Shown in pieces: positions 49,001 to 64,000 of a stretch of DNA of 64,000 bases. A program made the position numbers and the translations under genes. Origin of the DNA: Eledone cirrhosa (Eukaryota); the NCBI GenBank assembly GCA_964016885.1, contig OZ024743.1, positions 305,226,001-305,290,000 of the forward strand, in the 5' to 3' direction. Positions within the stretch are counted from its first letter, which is position 1, and each line of letters opens with the position of its first letter. The notes under the pieces were generated by a model that was given only the letters and a program-made list of their open reading frames with translations, was not told the origin of the DNA and ran no database searches.

Positions 49001-52000
49001 TATATATACTGTACCTAGACATATAGACATCTCTGTTCTCTAGGGTATATATACTGTACCTAGATATATAGACTATCTCTGCTATCTCGGGTATATATAC
49101 AGTACCTAGAGATATAGACCATCTCTGTTCTCTAGGGTATATATACTGTACCTAGACATATAGACCATCTCTGTTCTCTAAGGTATATATACTGTACCTA
49201 GAGATATAGACCATCTCTGTTCTCTAGGGTATATATACTGTACCTAGAGATATAGACTATCTCTCTTCTCTAAGGTATATATACAGTACATAGAGATATA
49301 GACCATCTCTGTACTCTAAGGTATATATACTCTACCTACATATAGACCATCTCTGTTCTCTAGGTTATATATACTGTGCCTAGTGATATAGACCATCTCT
49401 GTTCTTTAAGGTATATATACTGTACCTATATAGAAACTCTGTTCTCTAGGGTATATATACTGTACCTAGACATATAGACTATCTCTATTCTCTAGGGTAT
49501 ATATACTGTACCTAGATATATAGACCATCTCTTTTCTTTAAGGTATATATAATGTACCTAGAGATATAGACCATCTCTGTTCTCTAAGGTATATATACTG
49601 TACCTAGAGATATAGACCATCTCTGTTCTCTAAGGTATATATACGGTACCTAGACATATAGACTATCTCTGTTCTCTAGGGTGTATATACTACACCTATA
49701 TAGATATCTCTGTTCTCTAGGGTATATATACTGCAGCTATATAGACATCTCTGTTCTCTAGGGTATATATACTGCAGCTATATAGACATCTCTGTTCTCT
49801 AACGTATATATATTGCACCTAGACATATAGACCATTTCTGTTCTCTAAGGTGTATACACTGTACCTAGAGATATAGATATCTCTGTTCTTTAAGGTATAT
49901 ATACTGTACCTAGAGATATAGACATCTCTGTTCTCTAGGGTATATATACGGTACCTATAGATATAGTCTATCTCTGTTTTCTAAGGTATATATACTGTAC
50001 CTAGATATATAGACTATCTCTGTTTTCTAAGGTATATATACTGTACCTAGACATATAGACATCTCTGTTCTCTAGGGTATATATACTGTACCTAGATATA
50101 TAGACTATCTCTGCTATCTCGGGTATATATACAGTACCTAGAGATATAGACCATCTCTGTTCTCTAGGGTATATATACTGTACCTAGACATATAGACCAT
50201 CTCTGTTCTCTAAGGTATATATACTGTACCTAGAGATATAGACCATCTCTGTTCTCTAGGGTATATATACTGTACCTAGAGATATAGACTATCTCTCTTC
50301 TCTAAGGTATATATACAGTACATAGAGATATAGACCATCTCTGTACTCTAAGGTATATATACTGTACCTACATATAGACCATCTCTGTTCTCTAGGTTAT
50401 ATATACTGTGCCTAGTGATATAGACCATCTCTGTTCTTTAAGGTATATATACTGTACCTATATAGAAACTCTGTTCTCTAGGGTATATATACTGTACCTA
50501 GACATATAGACTATCTCTATTCTCTAGGGTATATATACTGTACCTAGAGATATAGACTATCTCTCTTCTCTAAGGTATATATACTGTACCTAGAGATATA
50601 GACCATCTCTGTTCTCTAGGGTATATATAGTGTACCTAGAGATATAGACCATCTCTGTTCTCTAAGGTATATATACTGTACCTAGAGATATAGACTATCT
50701 CTATTCTCTAGGGTATATATACTGTACCTAGACATATAGACATCTCTGTTCTCTAGGGTATATATGGTGTACCTAGAGATATAGACATCTCTGTTCTCTA
50801 AGGTATATATAGTGTACCTATACATATAAACCATCTCTGTTCTCTAGGGTATATATACTGTACCTAGGGATATAGACATCTCTGTTCTCTAGGGTATATA
50901 TAGTGTACCTAGAGATATAGACATCTCTGTTCTCTAGGGTATATATAGTGTACCTAGACATATAAACTGTCTCTGTTCTCTAGGGTATATATACTGTACC
51001 TAGAGATATAGACATCTCTGTTCTCTAGGGTATATATAGTGTACCTAGAGATATAGACGATCTCTGTTCTCTAAGGTATATATACTGTACCTAGAGATAT
51101 AGACTATCTCTATTCTCTAGGGTATATATACTGTACCTAGACATATAGACATCTCTGTTCTCTAGGGTATATATAGAGTACCAAGAGATATAGACATCTC
51201 TGTTCTCTAAGGTGTATACACTGTACCTAGAGATATAGATATCTCTGTTCTTTAAGGTATATATACTGTACCTAGAGATATAGACTATATCTATTCTCTA
51301 TGGTATATATACTGTACCTAGATATATAGACCATCTCTGTTCTTTAAGTTATATATAATGTACCTAGAGATATAGACCATCTCTTTTCTCTAGGGTATAT
51401 ATACTGTACCTAGAGATATAGACCATCTCTGTTCTCTAGGGTATATATACTGTACCTAGAGATATAGACTATCTCTGTTCTTTAAGGTATATATACGGTA
51501 CCTAGAGATATAGACCATCTCTGTTCTCTAGGGTATATATACTGTACCTAGAGATATACACCATCTCAGTTCTCTAAGGTATATATACAGTAACTAGAGA
51601 TATAGACCATCTCTGTTCTCTAGGGTGTATATACTACACCTATTTAGATATCTCTGTTCTCTAGGGTATATATACTGCAGCTATATAGACATCTCTGTTC
51701 TCTAGGGTATATATACTGAACCTATATAGACATCTCTGTTCTCTAACGTATATATATTGCACCTAGACATATAGACCATCTCTGTTCTCTAAGGTGTATA
51801 CACTGTACCTAGAGATATAGATATCTCTGTTATTTAAGGTATATATACTGTACCTAGAGATATAGACTATCTCTATTCTCTAGGTTATATATACTGTACC
51901 TAGACATATAGACATCTCTGTTCTCTAGGGTATATATACGGTACCTATAGATATAGACTATCTCTGATCTCTAAGGTATATATACTGTACCTAGAGATAT

Positions 52001-55000
52001 AGACCATCTCTGTTCTCTAGGGTATATATACTGTACCTAGAGATATAGACTATCTCTGTTTTCTAAGGTATATATACTGTACCTAAACATATAGTCATCT
52101 CTGTTCTCTCGGGTATATATACGGTACCTATAGATATAGACTATCTCTGTTCTCTAGTGTATATATACGGTACCTATAGATATAGACCATCTCTGTTCTC
52201 TAAGGTAGATATACTGTACCTGGAGATATAGACCATCTCTGTTCTCTAAGGTATATATACTGTACCTAGAGAAATAGACCATCTCTGTGCTCTAGGGCAT
52301 ATATACTGTACCTAGACATTTAGACCATCTCTGTTCTCTAGGGTATATATACTGTACCTAGAGATATAGACCATCTCTGTTCTCTAAGGTATATATAGTG
52401 TACCTAGAGATATAGACCATCACTGTTCTCTAAAGTATATATACTGTACCTAGAGATATAGACACTCTCTGTTCTCTAGGGTATATATACTGTACCTAGA
52501 GATATAGACATCTCTGTTCTGTAAGGTCTATATACTGTTCCTATATAGACATCTCTGTTCTCTAGGGTATATATACTGTACCTAGAGATATAGACCATCT
52601 CTGTTCTCTAAGGTATATATACTGTACCTAGAGATATAGACCATCTCTGTTCTCTAGGGTATATATACTGTACCTAGACATATAGACCATCTCTGTTCTC
52701 TAGGCTATATATATTGTACCTAGAGATATAGACCATCTCTATTCTCTAGGGTATATATACTGTACCTAGAGCTATAGACTATCTCTGTTCTCTAAGGTAT
52801 ATATACTGTACCTAGAGATACAGATATCTCTGTTCTCTAAGGTATATATACTGTACCTAGAGATATAGACCATCTCTGTTCTCTAGGATATATATATACC
52901 GTTCCTATATAGACATCTCTGTTCTCTAGGGTATATATACTGTACCTAGACATATAGACATCTCTGTTCTCTAAGGTATATATACTGTAACTAGATATAG
53001 ACAATCTCTATTCTCTAAGGTATATATACTGTACCTAGAGATATAGACCATCTCTATTCTCTAAGGTATATATACTGTACCTAGACATATAGACCATCTC
53101 TGTTCTCTAAGGTATATATACTGTACCTAGACATATAGACATCTCTGTTCTCTAGGGTATATATACTGTACCTAGAGATATAGACATCTCTGTTCTCGAA
53201 GGTATATATACTGCACCGAAACATATAGACCATCTCTGTTCTTTAAGGTATATATGATGTACCTAGAGATATAGACCATCTCTGTTCTCTAGGGTATATA
53301 TACTGTACCTAGAGATATAGACCATCACTCTTCTCTAACGTATATATGCTGCACCTAGAGATATAGACCATCTCTGTTCTTTAAGGTATATATACTGTAC
53401 CTAGACATATAAACATCTCTGTTCTCTAAGGTATATATAGTGTACCTAGAGATATAGACTATCTCTGTTCTTTATGGTATATATACTGTACCTAGAGATA
53501 TAGACCATCTCTGTTCTCTAAGGTATATATACGGTACCTAGACATATAGACTATCTCTGTTCTCTAGGGTGTATATACTACACATATATAGATATCTCTG
53601 TTCTCTAGGGTATATATACTGCAGCTATATAGACATCTCTGTTCTCTAGGGTATATATACTGCAGCTATATAGACATCTCTGTTCTCTAACGTATATATA
53701 TTGCACCTAGACATATAGACCATTTCTGTTCTCTAAAGTGTATACACTGTACCTAGAGATATAGATATCTCTGTTCTTTAAGGTATATATACTGTACCTA
53801 GAGATATAGACTATCTCTATTCTCTAGGGTATATATACTGTACCTAGATATATAGACCATCTCTGTTCTTTAAGGTATATATAATGTACCTAGAGATATA
53901 GACCATCTCTGTTCTCTAGGGTATATATACTGTACCTAGAGATATAGACCATATCTGTTCTCTGTGCTCTAGGGTATATATACTGTACCTAGAGATATAG
54001 ACCGTCTCTGTTCTCTAAGGTAGATATACTGTACCTGGAGATATAGACCATCTCTGTTCTCTAAGGTATATATACTGTACCTAGAGAAATAGACCATCTC
54101 TGTGCTCTAGGGCATATATACTGTACCTAGACATTTAGACCATCTCTGTTCTCTAGGGTATATATACTGTACCTAGAGATATAGACCATCTCTGTTCTCT
54201 AAGGTATATATAGTGTACCTAGAGATATAGACCATCACTGTTCTCTAAAGTATATATACTGTATCTAGAGATATAGACACTCTCTGTTCTCTAGGGTATA
54301 TATACTGTACCTAGAGATATAGACATCTCTGTTCTGTAAGGTCTATATACTGTTCCTATATAGACATCTCTGTTCTCTAGGGTATATATACTGTACCTAG
54401 AGATATAGACCATAGGGTGTATATACTACACCTATTTAGATATCTCTGTTCTCTAGGGTATATATACTGCAGCTATATAGACATCTCTGTTCTCTAGGGT
54501 ATATATACTGAACCTATATAGACATCTCTGTTCTCTAACGTATATATATTGCACCTAGACATATAGACCATCTCTGTTCTCTAAGGTGTATACACTGTAC
54601 CTAGAGATATAGATATCTCTGTTATTTAAGGTATATATACTGTACCTAGAGATATAGACTATCTCTATTCTCTAGGGTATATATACTGTACCTAGACATA
54701 TAGACATCTCTGTTCTCTAGGGTATATATACGGTACCTATAGATATAGACTATCTCTGTTCTCTAAGGTATATATACTGTACCTAGAGATATAGACCATC
54801 TCTGGTCTCTAGGGTATATATACTGTACCTAGAGATATAGACTATCTCTGTTTTCTAAGGTATATATACTGTACCTAGACATATAGACATCTCTGTTCTC
54901 TAGGGTATATATACGGTACCTATAGGTATAGACCATCTCTGTTCTCTAGGGTATATATAGTGTACCTAGAGATATAGACGATCTCTGTTCTCTAAGGTAT

Positions 55001-58000
55001 ATATACTGTACCTAGAGATATAGACTATCTCTATTCTCTAGGGTATATATACTGTACCTAGACATATAGACATCTCTGTTCTCTAGGGTATATATACTGC
55101 AGCTATATAGACATCTCTGTTCTCTAGGGTATATATACGGTACCTATAGATATAGTCTATCTCTGTTTTCTAAGGTATATATACTGTACCTAGAGATATA
55201 GACTATCTCTGTTCTCTAGGGTATATATAGTGTACCTAGAGATATAGACATCTCTGTTCTCTAGGGTATATATACTGTACTTAGACATATAGACCATCTC
55301 TGTTCTCTAGGGTATATATACTGTACCTAGAGATATAGACCGTCTCTGTTCTCTAAGGTAGATATACTGTACCTGGAGATATAGACCATCTCTGTTCTCT
55401 AAGGTATATATACTGTACCTAGAGAAATAGACCATCTCTGTGCTCTAGGGCATATATACTGTACCTAGACATTTAGACCATCTCTGTTCTCTAGGGTATA
55501 TATACTGTACCTAGAGATATAGACCATCTCTGTTCTCTAAGGTATATATAGTGTACCTAGAGATATAGACCATCACTGTTCTCTAAAGTATATATACTGT
55601 ACCTAGAGATATAGACACTCTCTGTTCTCTAGGGTATATATACTGTACCTAGAGATATAGACATCTCTGTTCTGTAAGGTCTATATACTGTTCCTATATA
55701 GACATCTCTGTTCTCTAGGGTATATATACTGTACCTAGAGATATAGACCATCTCTGTTCTCTAAGGTATATATACTGTACCTAGAGATATAGACCATCTC
55801 TGTTCTCTAGGGTATATATACTGTACCTAGACATATAGACCATCTCTGTTCTCTAGGCTATATATATTGTACCTAGAGATATAGACCATCTCTATTCTCT
55901 AGGGTATATATACTGTACCTAGAGCTATAGACTATCTCTGTTCTCTAAGATATATATACTGTACCTAGAGATATAGATATCTCTGTTCTCTAAGGTATAT
56001 ATACTGTACCTATAGGTATAGACCATCTCTGTTCTCTAGGGTATATATAGTGTACCTAGAGATATAGACGATCTCTGTTCTCTAAGGTATATATACTGTA
56101 CCTAGAGATATATACTATCTCTATTCTCTAGGGTATATATACTGTACCTAGACATATAGACATCTCTGTTCTCTAGGGTATATATACTGCAGCTATATAG
56201 ACATCTCTGTTCTCTAGGGTATATATACTGCAGCTATATAGACATCTCTGTTCTCTAACGTATATATATTGCACCTAGACATATAGACCATTTCTGTTCT
56301 CTAAGGTGTATACACTGTACCTAGAGATATAGATATCTCTGTTCTTTAAGGTATATATACTGTACCTAGAGATATAGACTATCTCTATTCTCTAGGGTAT
56401 ATATACTGTACCTAGACATATAGACATCTCTGTTCTCTAGGGTATATATACGGTACCTATAGATATAGTCTATCTCTGTTTTCTAAGGTATATATACTGT
56501 ACCTAGAGATATAGACTATCTCTGTTCTCTAGGGTATATATAGTGTACCTAGAGATATAGACATCTCTGTTCTCTAGGGTATATATACTGTACTTAGACA
56601 TATAGACCATCTCTGTTCTCTAGGGTATATATACTGTACCTAGAGATATAGACCGTCTCTGTTCTCTAAGGTAGATATACTGTACCTGGAGATATAGACC
56701 ATCTCTGTTCTCTAAGGTATATATACAGTACCTAGAGAAATAGACCATCTCTGTGCTCTAGGGCATATATACTGTACCTAGACATTTAGACCATCTCTGT
56801 TCTCTAGGGTATATATACTGTACCTAGAGATATAGACCATCTCTGTTCTCTAAGGTATATATACTGTACCTAGAGATATAGACCATCTCTGTTCTCTAGG
56901 ATATATATATACCGTTCCTATATAGACATCTCTGTTCTCTAGGGTATATATACTGTACCTAGACATATAGACATCACTGTTCTCTAAGGTATATATACTG
57001 TAACTAGATATAGACAATCTCTATTCTCTAAGGTATATATACTGTACCTAGAGATATAGACAATCTCTATTCTCTAAGGTATATATACTGTACCTAGAGA
57101 TATAGACCATCTCTATTCTCTAAGGTATATATACTGTACCTAGACATATAGACCATCTCTGTTCTCTAAGGTATATATACTGTACCTAGAGATATAGACA
57201 TCTCTGTTCTCTAGGGTATATATAGTGTACCTAGAGATATAGACGATCTCTGTTCTCTAAGGTATATATACTGTACCTAGAGATATAGACTATCTCTATT
57301 CTCTAGGGTATATATACTGTACCTAGACATATAGACATCTCTGTTCTCTAGGGTATATATACTGCAGCTATATAGACATCTCTGTTCTCTAAGGTATATA
57401 TACTGTAACTAGATATAGACAATCTCTATTCTCTAAGGTATATATACTGTACCTAGAGATATAGACAATCTCTATTCTCTAAGGTATATATACTGTACCT
57501 AGAGATATAGACCATCTCTATTCTCTCAGGTATATATACTGTACCTAGACATATAGACCATCTCTGTTCTCTAAGGTATATATACTGTACCTAGACATAT
57601 AGACATCTCTGTTCTCTAGGGTATATATACTGTACCTAGAGATATAGACATCTCTGTTCTCGAAGGTATATATACTGCACCGAAACATATAGACCATCTC
57701 TGTTCTTTAAGGTATATATACTGTACCTAGAGATATAGATGATCTCTGTTTTCTAGGGTATATATACTGCACCTAGACATATAGACCATCTCTGTTCTTT
57801 AAGGTATATATGATGTACCTAGAGATATAGACCATCTCTGTTCTCTAGGGTATATATACTGTACCTAGAGATATAGACCATCACTCTTCTCTAACGTATA
57901 TATGCTGTACCTAGAGATATAGACCATCTCTGTTCTTTAAGGTATATATACTGTACCTAGACATATAAACATCTCTGTTCTCTAAGGTATATATACTGTA

Positions 58001-61000
58001 CCTAGAGATATAGACTATCTCTGTTCTTTATGGTATATATACTGTACCTAGAGATATAGACCATCTCTGTTCTCTAAGGTATATATACGGTACCTAGACA
58101 TATAGACTATCTCTGTTCTCTAGGGTGTATATACTACACCTATATAGATATCTCTGTTCTCTAGGGTATATATACTGCAGCTATATAGACATCTCTGTTC
58201 TCTAGGGTATATATACTGCAGCTATATAGACATCTCTGTTCTCTAACGTATATATATTGAACCTAGACATATAGACCATTTCTGTTCTCTAAGGTGTATA
58301 CACTGTACCTAGAGATATAGATATCTCTGTTCTTTAAGGTATATATACTGTACCTAGAGATATAGACTATCTCTATTCTCTAGGGTATATATACTGTACC
58401 TAGACATATAGACATCTCTGTTCTCTAGGGTATATATACGGTACCTATAGATATAGTCTATCTCTGTTTTCTAAGGTATATATACTGTACCTAGATATAT
58501 AGACTATCTCTGTTTTCTAAGGTATATATACTGTACCTAGACATATAGACATCTCTGTTCTCTAGGGTATATATACTGTACCTAGATATATAGACTATCT
58601 CTGCTATCTCGGGTATATATACAGTACCTAGAGATATAGACCATCTCTGTTCTCTAGGGTATATATACTGTACCTAGACATATAGACCATCTCTGTTCTC
58701 TAAGGTATATATACTGTACCTAGAGATATAGACCATCTCTGTTCTCTAGGGTATATATACTGTACCTAGAGATATAGACTATCTCTCTTCTCTAAGGTAT
58801 ATATACAGTACATAGAGATATAGACCATCTCTGTACTCTATGGTATATATACTGTACCTACATATAGACCATCTCTGTTCTCTAGGTTATATATACTGTG
58901 CCTAGTGATATAGACCATCTCTGTTCTTTAAGGTATATATACTGTACCTATATAGAAACTCTGTTCTCTAGGGTATATATACTGTACCTAGACATATAGA
59001 CTATCTCTATTCTCTAGGGTATATATACTGTACCTAGATATATAGACCATCTCTTTTCTTTAAGGTATATATAATGTACCTAGAGATATAGACCATCTCT
59101 GTTCTCTAAGGTATATATACTGTACCTGCAGATATAGACCATCTCTGTTCTCTAGGGTATATATACTGTACCTAGAGATATAGACTATCTCTCTTCTCTA
59201 AGGTATATATACTGTACCTAGAGATATAGACCATCTCTGTTCTCTAGGGTATATATAGTGTACCTAGAGATATAGACCATCTCTGTTCTCTAAGGTATAT
59301 ATACTGTACCTAGAGATATAGACTATCTCTATTCTCTAGGGTATATATACTGTACCTAGACATATAGACATCTCTGTTCTCTAGGGTATATATGGTGTAC
59401 CTAGAGATATAGACATCTCTGTTCTCTAAGGTATATATAGTGTACCTATACATATAAACCATCTCTGTTCTCTAGGGTATATATACTGTACCTAGAGATA
59501 TAGACCATCTCTGTTCTCTATGGTATATAAAGTGTAGCTAGACATATAGACATCTCTGTTCTCTAGGGTATATATAGTGTACCTAGAGATATAGACATCT
59601 CTGTTCTCTAAGGTATATATAGTGTACCTATACATATAAACCATCTCTGTTCTCTAGGGTATATATACTGTACCTAGGGATATAGACATCTCTGTTCTCT
59701 AGGGTATATATAGTGTACCTAGAGATATAGACATCTCTGTTCTCTAGGGTATATATAGTGTACCTAGACATATAAACTGTCTCTGTTCTCTAGGGTATAT
59801 ATACTGTACCTAGAGATATAGACATCTCTGTTCTCTAGGGTATATATAGTGTACCTAGAGATATAGACGATCTCTGTTCTCTAAGGTATATATACTGTAC
59901 CTAGAGATATAGACTATCTCTATTCTCTAGGGTATATATACTGTACCTAGACATATAGACATCTCTGTTCTCTAGGGTATATATAGAGTACCAAGAGATA
60001 TAGACATCTCTGTTCTCTAAGGTGTATACACTGTACCTAGAGATATAGATATCTCTGTACTTTAAGGTATATATACTGTACCTAGAGATATAGACTATAT
60101 CTATTCTCTATGGTATATATACTGTACCTAGATATATAGACCATCTCTGTTCTTTAAGGTATATATAATGTACCTAGAGATATAGACCATCTCTGTTCTC
60201 TAGGGTATATATACTGTACCTAGAGATATAGACCATCTCTGTTCTCTAGGGTATATATACTGTACCTAGAGATATAGACTATCTCTGTTCTTTAAGGTAT
60301 ATATACGGTACCTAGAGATATAGACCATCTCTGTTCTCTAGGGTATATATACTGTACCTAGAGATATACACCATCTCAGTTCTCTATGGTATATATACAG
60401 TAACTAGAGATATAGACCATCTCTGTTCTCTAGGGTGTATATACTACACCTATTTAGATATCTCTGTTCTCTAGGGTATATATACTGCAGCTATATAGAC
60501 ATCTCTGTTCTCTAGGGTATATATACTGAACCTATATAGACATCTCTGTTCTCTAACGTATATATATTGCACCTAGACATATAGACCATCTCTGTTCTCT
60601 AAGGTGTATACACTGTACCTAGAGATATAGATATCTCTGTTATTTAAGGTATATATACTGTACCTAAAGATATAGACTATCTCTATTCTCTAGGGTATAT
60701 ATACTGTAACTAGACATATAGACATCTCTGTTCTCTAGGGTATATTTACGGTACCTATAGATATAGACTATCTCTGTTCTCTAAGGTATATATACTGTAC
60801 CTAGAGATATAGACCATCTCTGTTCTCTAGGGTATATATACTGTACCTAGAGATATAGACTATCTCTGTTTTCTAAGGTATATATACTGTACCTAGACAT
60901 ATAGACATCTCTGTTCTCTAGGGTATATATACGGTACCTATAGATATAGACTATCTCTGTTCTCTAGTGTATATATACGGTACCTATAGATATAGACCAT

Positions 61001-64000
61001 CTCTGTTCTATAAGGTATATATAGTGTACCTAGAGATATAGAGCATCTCTGTTCTCTAGCGTATATATACTGTACCTAGAGATATAGACCATCTCTGTTC
61101 TCTAGGGTATATATACTGTACCTAGACATATAGACCTTCTCTGTTCTCTAGGGTATATATACTGTAGATAGAGATATAGACAATCTCTGTTTTCTAGGGT
61201 ATATATACTGTAGATAGAGATATAGACAATCTCTGTTTTCTAGGGTATATATACTGTACCTAGACATATAGACATCTCTGTTCTCTAGGGTATATATACT
61301 GTACCTAGATATATAGACCATCTCTGTTCTTTAAGGTATATATAATGTACCTAGAGATATAGACCATCTCTGTTCTCTAAGGTATATATACTGTACCTGG
61401 AGATATAGACCATCTCTGTTCTCTAGGGTATATATACTGTACCTAGAGATATAGACCATCTCTGTTCTCTAGGGTATATATACTGTACCTAGAGATATAG
61501 ACCATCTCTGTTCTCTAGGGTATATAAAGTGTACCTAGACATATAGACATCTCTGTTCTCTAGGGTATATATAGTGTACCTAGAGATATAGACATCTCTG
61601 TTCTCTAAGGTATATATAGTGTACCTATACATATAAACCGTCTCTGTTCTCTAGGGTATATATACTGTACCTAGGGATATAGACATCTCTGTTCTCTAGG
61701 GTATATATAGTGTACCTAGAGATATAGACATCTCTGTTCTCTAGGGTATATATAGTGTACCTAGACATATAAACTGTCTCTGTTCTCTAGGGTATATATA
61801 CTGTACCTAGAGATATAGACATCTCTGTTCTCTAGGGTATATATAGTGTACCTAGAGATATAGGCGATCTCTGTTCTCTAAGGTATATATACTGTACCTA
61901 GAGATATAGACTATCTCTATTCTCTAGGGTATATATACTGTATCTAGACATATAGACATCTCTGTTCTCTAGGGTATATATAGAGTACCAAGAGATATAG
62001 ACATCTCTGTTCTCTAAGGTGTATACACTGTACCTAGAGATATAGATATCTCTGTTCTTTAAGGTATATATACTGTACCTAGAGATATAGACTATCTCTA
62101 TTCTCTAGGGTATATATACTGTACCTAGATATATAGACCATCTCTGTTCTTTAAGGTATATATAATGTACCTAGAGATATAGACCATCTCTGTTCTCTAG
62201 GGTATATATACTGTACCTAGAGATATAGACCATATCTGTTCTCTAAGGTATATATACTGTACCTAGAGATATAGACTATCTCTGTTCTTTAAGGTATATA
62301 TACGGTACCTAGAGATATAGACCATCTCTGTTCTCTAGGGTATATATACTGTACCTAGAGATATACACCATCTCAGTTCTCTAAGGTATATATACAGTAA
62401 CTAGAGATATAGACCATCTCTGTTCTCTAGGGTGTATATACTACACCTATTTAGATATCTCTGTTCTCTAGGGTATATATACTGCAGCTATATAGACATC
62501 TCTGTTCTCTAGGGTATATATACTGAACCTATATAGACATCTCTGTTCTCTAACGTATATATATTGCACCTAGACATATAGACCATCTCTGTTCTCTAAG
62601 GTGTATACACTGTACCTAGAGATATAGATATCTCTGTTATTTAAGGTATATATACTGTACCTAGAGATATAGACTATCTCTATTCTCTAGGGTATATATA
62701 CTGTACCTAGACATATAGACATCTCTGTTCTCTAGGGTATATATACGGTACCTATAGATATAGACTATCTCTGTTCTCTAAGGTATATATACTGTACCTA
62801 GAGATATAGACCATCTCTGTTCTCTAGGGTATATATACTGTACCTAGAGATATAGACTATCTCTGTTTTCTAAGGTATATATACTGTACCTAGACATATA
62901 GACATCTCTGTTCTCTAGGGTATATATACGGTACCTATAGATATAGACTATCTCTGTTCTCTAGTGTATATATACGGTACCTATAGATATAGACCATCTC
63001 TGTTCTATAAGGTATATATAGTGTACCTAGAGATATAGACCATCTCTGTTCTCTAGCGTATATATACTGTACCTAGATATATAGACCATCTCTGTTCTTT
63101 AAGGTATATATAATGTACCTAGAGATATAGACCATCTCTGTTCTCTAAGGTATCTGGAGATATAGACCATCTCTGTTCTCTAGGGTATATATACTGTACC
63201 TAGAGATATAGACCATCTCTGTTCTCTAAGGTATATATACTGTACCTAGAGATATAGACTATCTCTATTCTCTAGGGTATATATACTGTACCTAGACATA
63301 TAGACATCTCTGTTCTCTAGGGTATATATGGTGTACCTAGAGATATAGACATCTCTGTTCTCTAAGGTATATATAGTGTACCTATACATATAAACCATCT
63401 CTGTTCTCTAGGGTATATATACTGTACCTAGAGATATAGACCATCTCTGTTCTCTAGGGTATATAAAGTGTACCTAGGGATATAGACATCTCTGTTCTCT
63501 AGGGTATATATAGTGTACCTAGAGATATAGACATCTCTGTTCTCTAAGGTATATATAGTGTACCTATACATATAAACCATCTCTGTTCTCTAGGGTATAT
63601 ATACTGTACCTAGGGATATAGACATCTCTGTTCTCTAGGGTATATATAGTGTACCTAGAGATATAGACATCTCTGTTCTCTAGGGTATATATAGTGTACC
63701 TAGACATATAAACTGTCTCTGTTCTCTAGGGTATATATACTGTACCTAGAGATATAGACATCTCTGTTCTCTAGGGTATATATAGTGTACCTAGAGATAT
63801 AGGCGATCTCTGTTCTCTAAGGTATATATACTGTACCTAGAGATATAGACTATCTCTATTCTCTAGGGTATATATACTGTATCTAGACATATAGACATCT
63901 CTGTTCTCTAGGGTATATATAGAGTACCAAGAGATATAGACATCTCTGTTCTCTAAGGTGTATACACTGTACCTAGAGATATAGATATCTCTGTTCTTTA
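43080..64000. repeat. Large satellite array: 46-bp monomer (45- and 41-bp variants), roughly 450 copies, with higher-order repeats; runs off the window
   Basis: Consensus tatagaccatctctgttctctagggtatatatactgtacctagaga. Diverged monomers at 43080-43550, homogeneous thereafter. Confidence 0.99.

Noticed and set aside
43080-64000. CRISPR array or repeat-encoded protein
   Set aside because: Monomers are head-to-tail with no unique spacers, no cas genes are present, the context is eukaryotic, and frequent stops leave no long ORF.
43550-64000. Hammerhead-containing satellite, as known from newts or schistosomes
   Set aside because: No CUGANGA/GAAA core on either strand of the consensus monomer.

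Overview
AT-rich eukaryotic genomic DNA, most likely a cephalopod (Octopus-like). That assignment is inferred from the SINE/LINE repertoire and microsatellite load and was not verified by a search. Bases 1-43 kb contain a minus-strand, multi-exon gene for a tandem MAM-domain protein. Seven exons splice together in frame with canonical GT-AG sites and cover parts of four MAM domains. Its introns are packed with retroelements: three or more Penelope-like elements (PLEs) whose pseudo-LTRs carry type I hammerhead ribozymes on both strands, R4/Dong-like LINEs with a restriction-like (REL) endonuclease sitting in (TAA)n or (CATA)n tracts (one with a candidate HDV-like ribozyme at its 5' end), RTE and CRE remnants, two tRNA-derived SINE families, a SINE-seeded 38-bp minisatellite and a 258-bp fold-back palindrome. 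From about 43.1 kb to the end is a >20-kb satellite of a 46-bp internally palindromic monomer with about 2.0-kb and 2.4-kb higher-order repeats. All alignments and folds were done by eye. Element boundaries are approximate unless splice sites or repeats define them.
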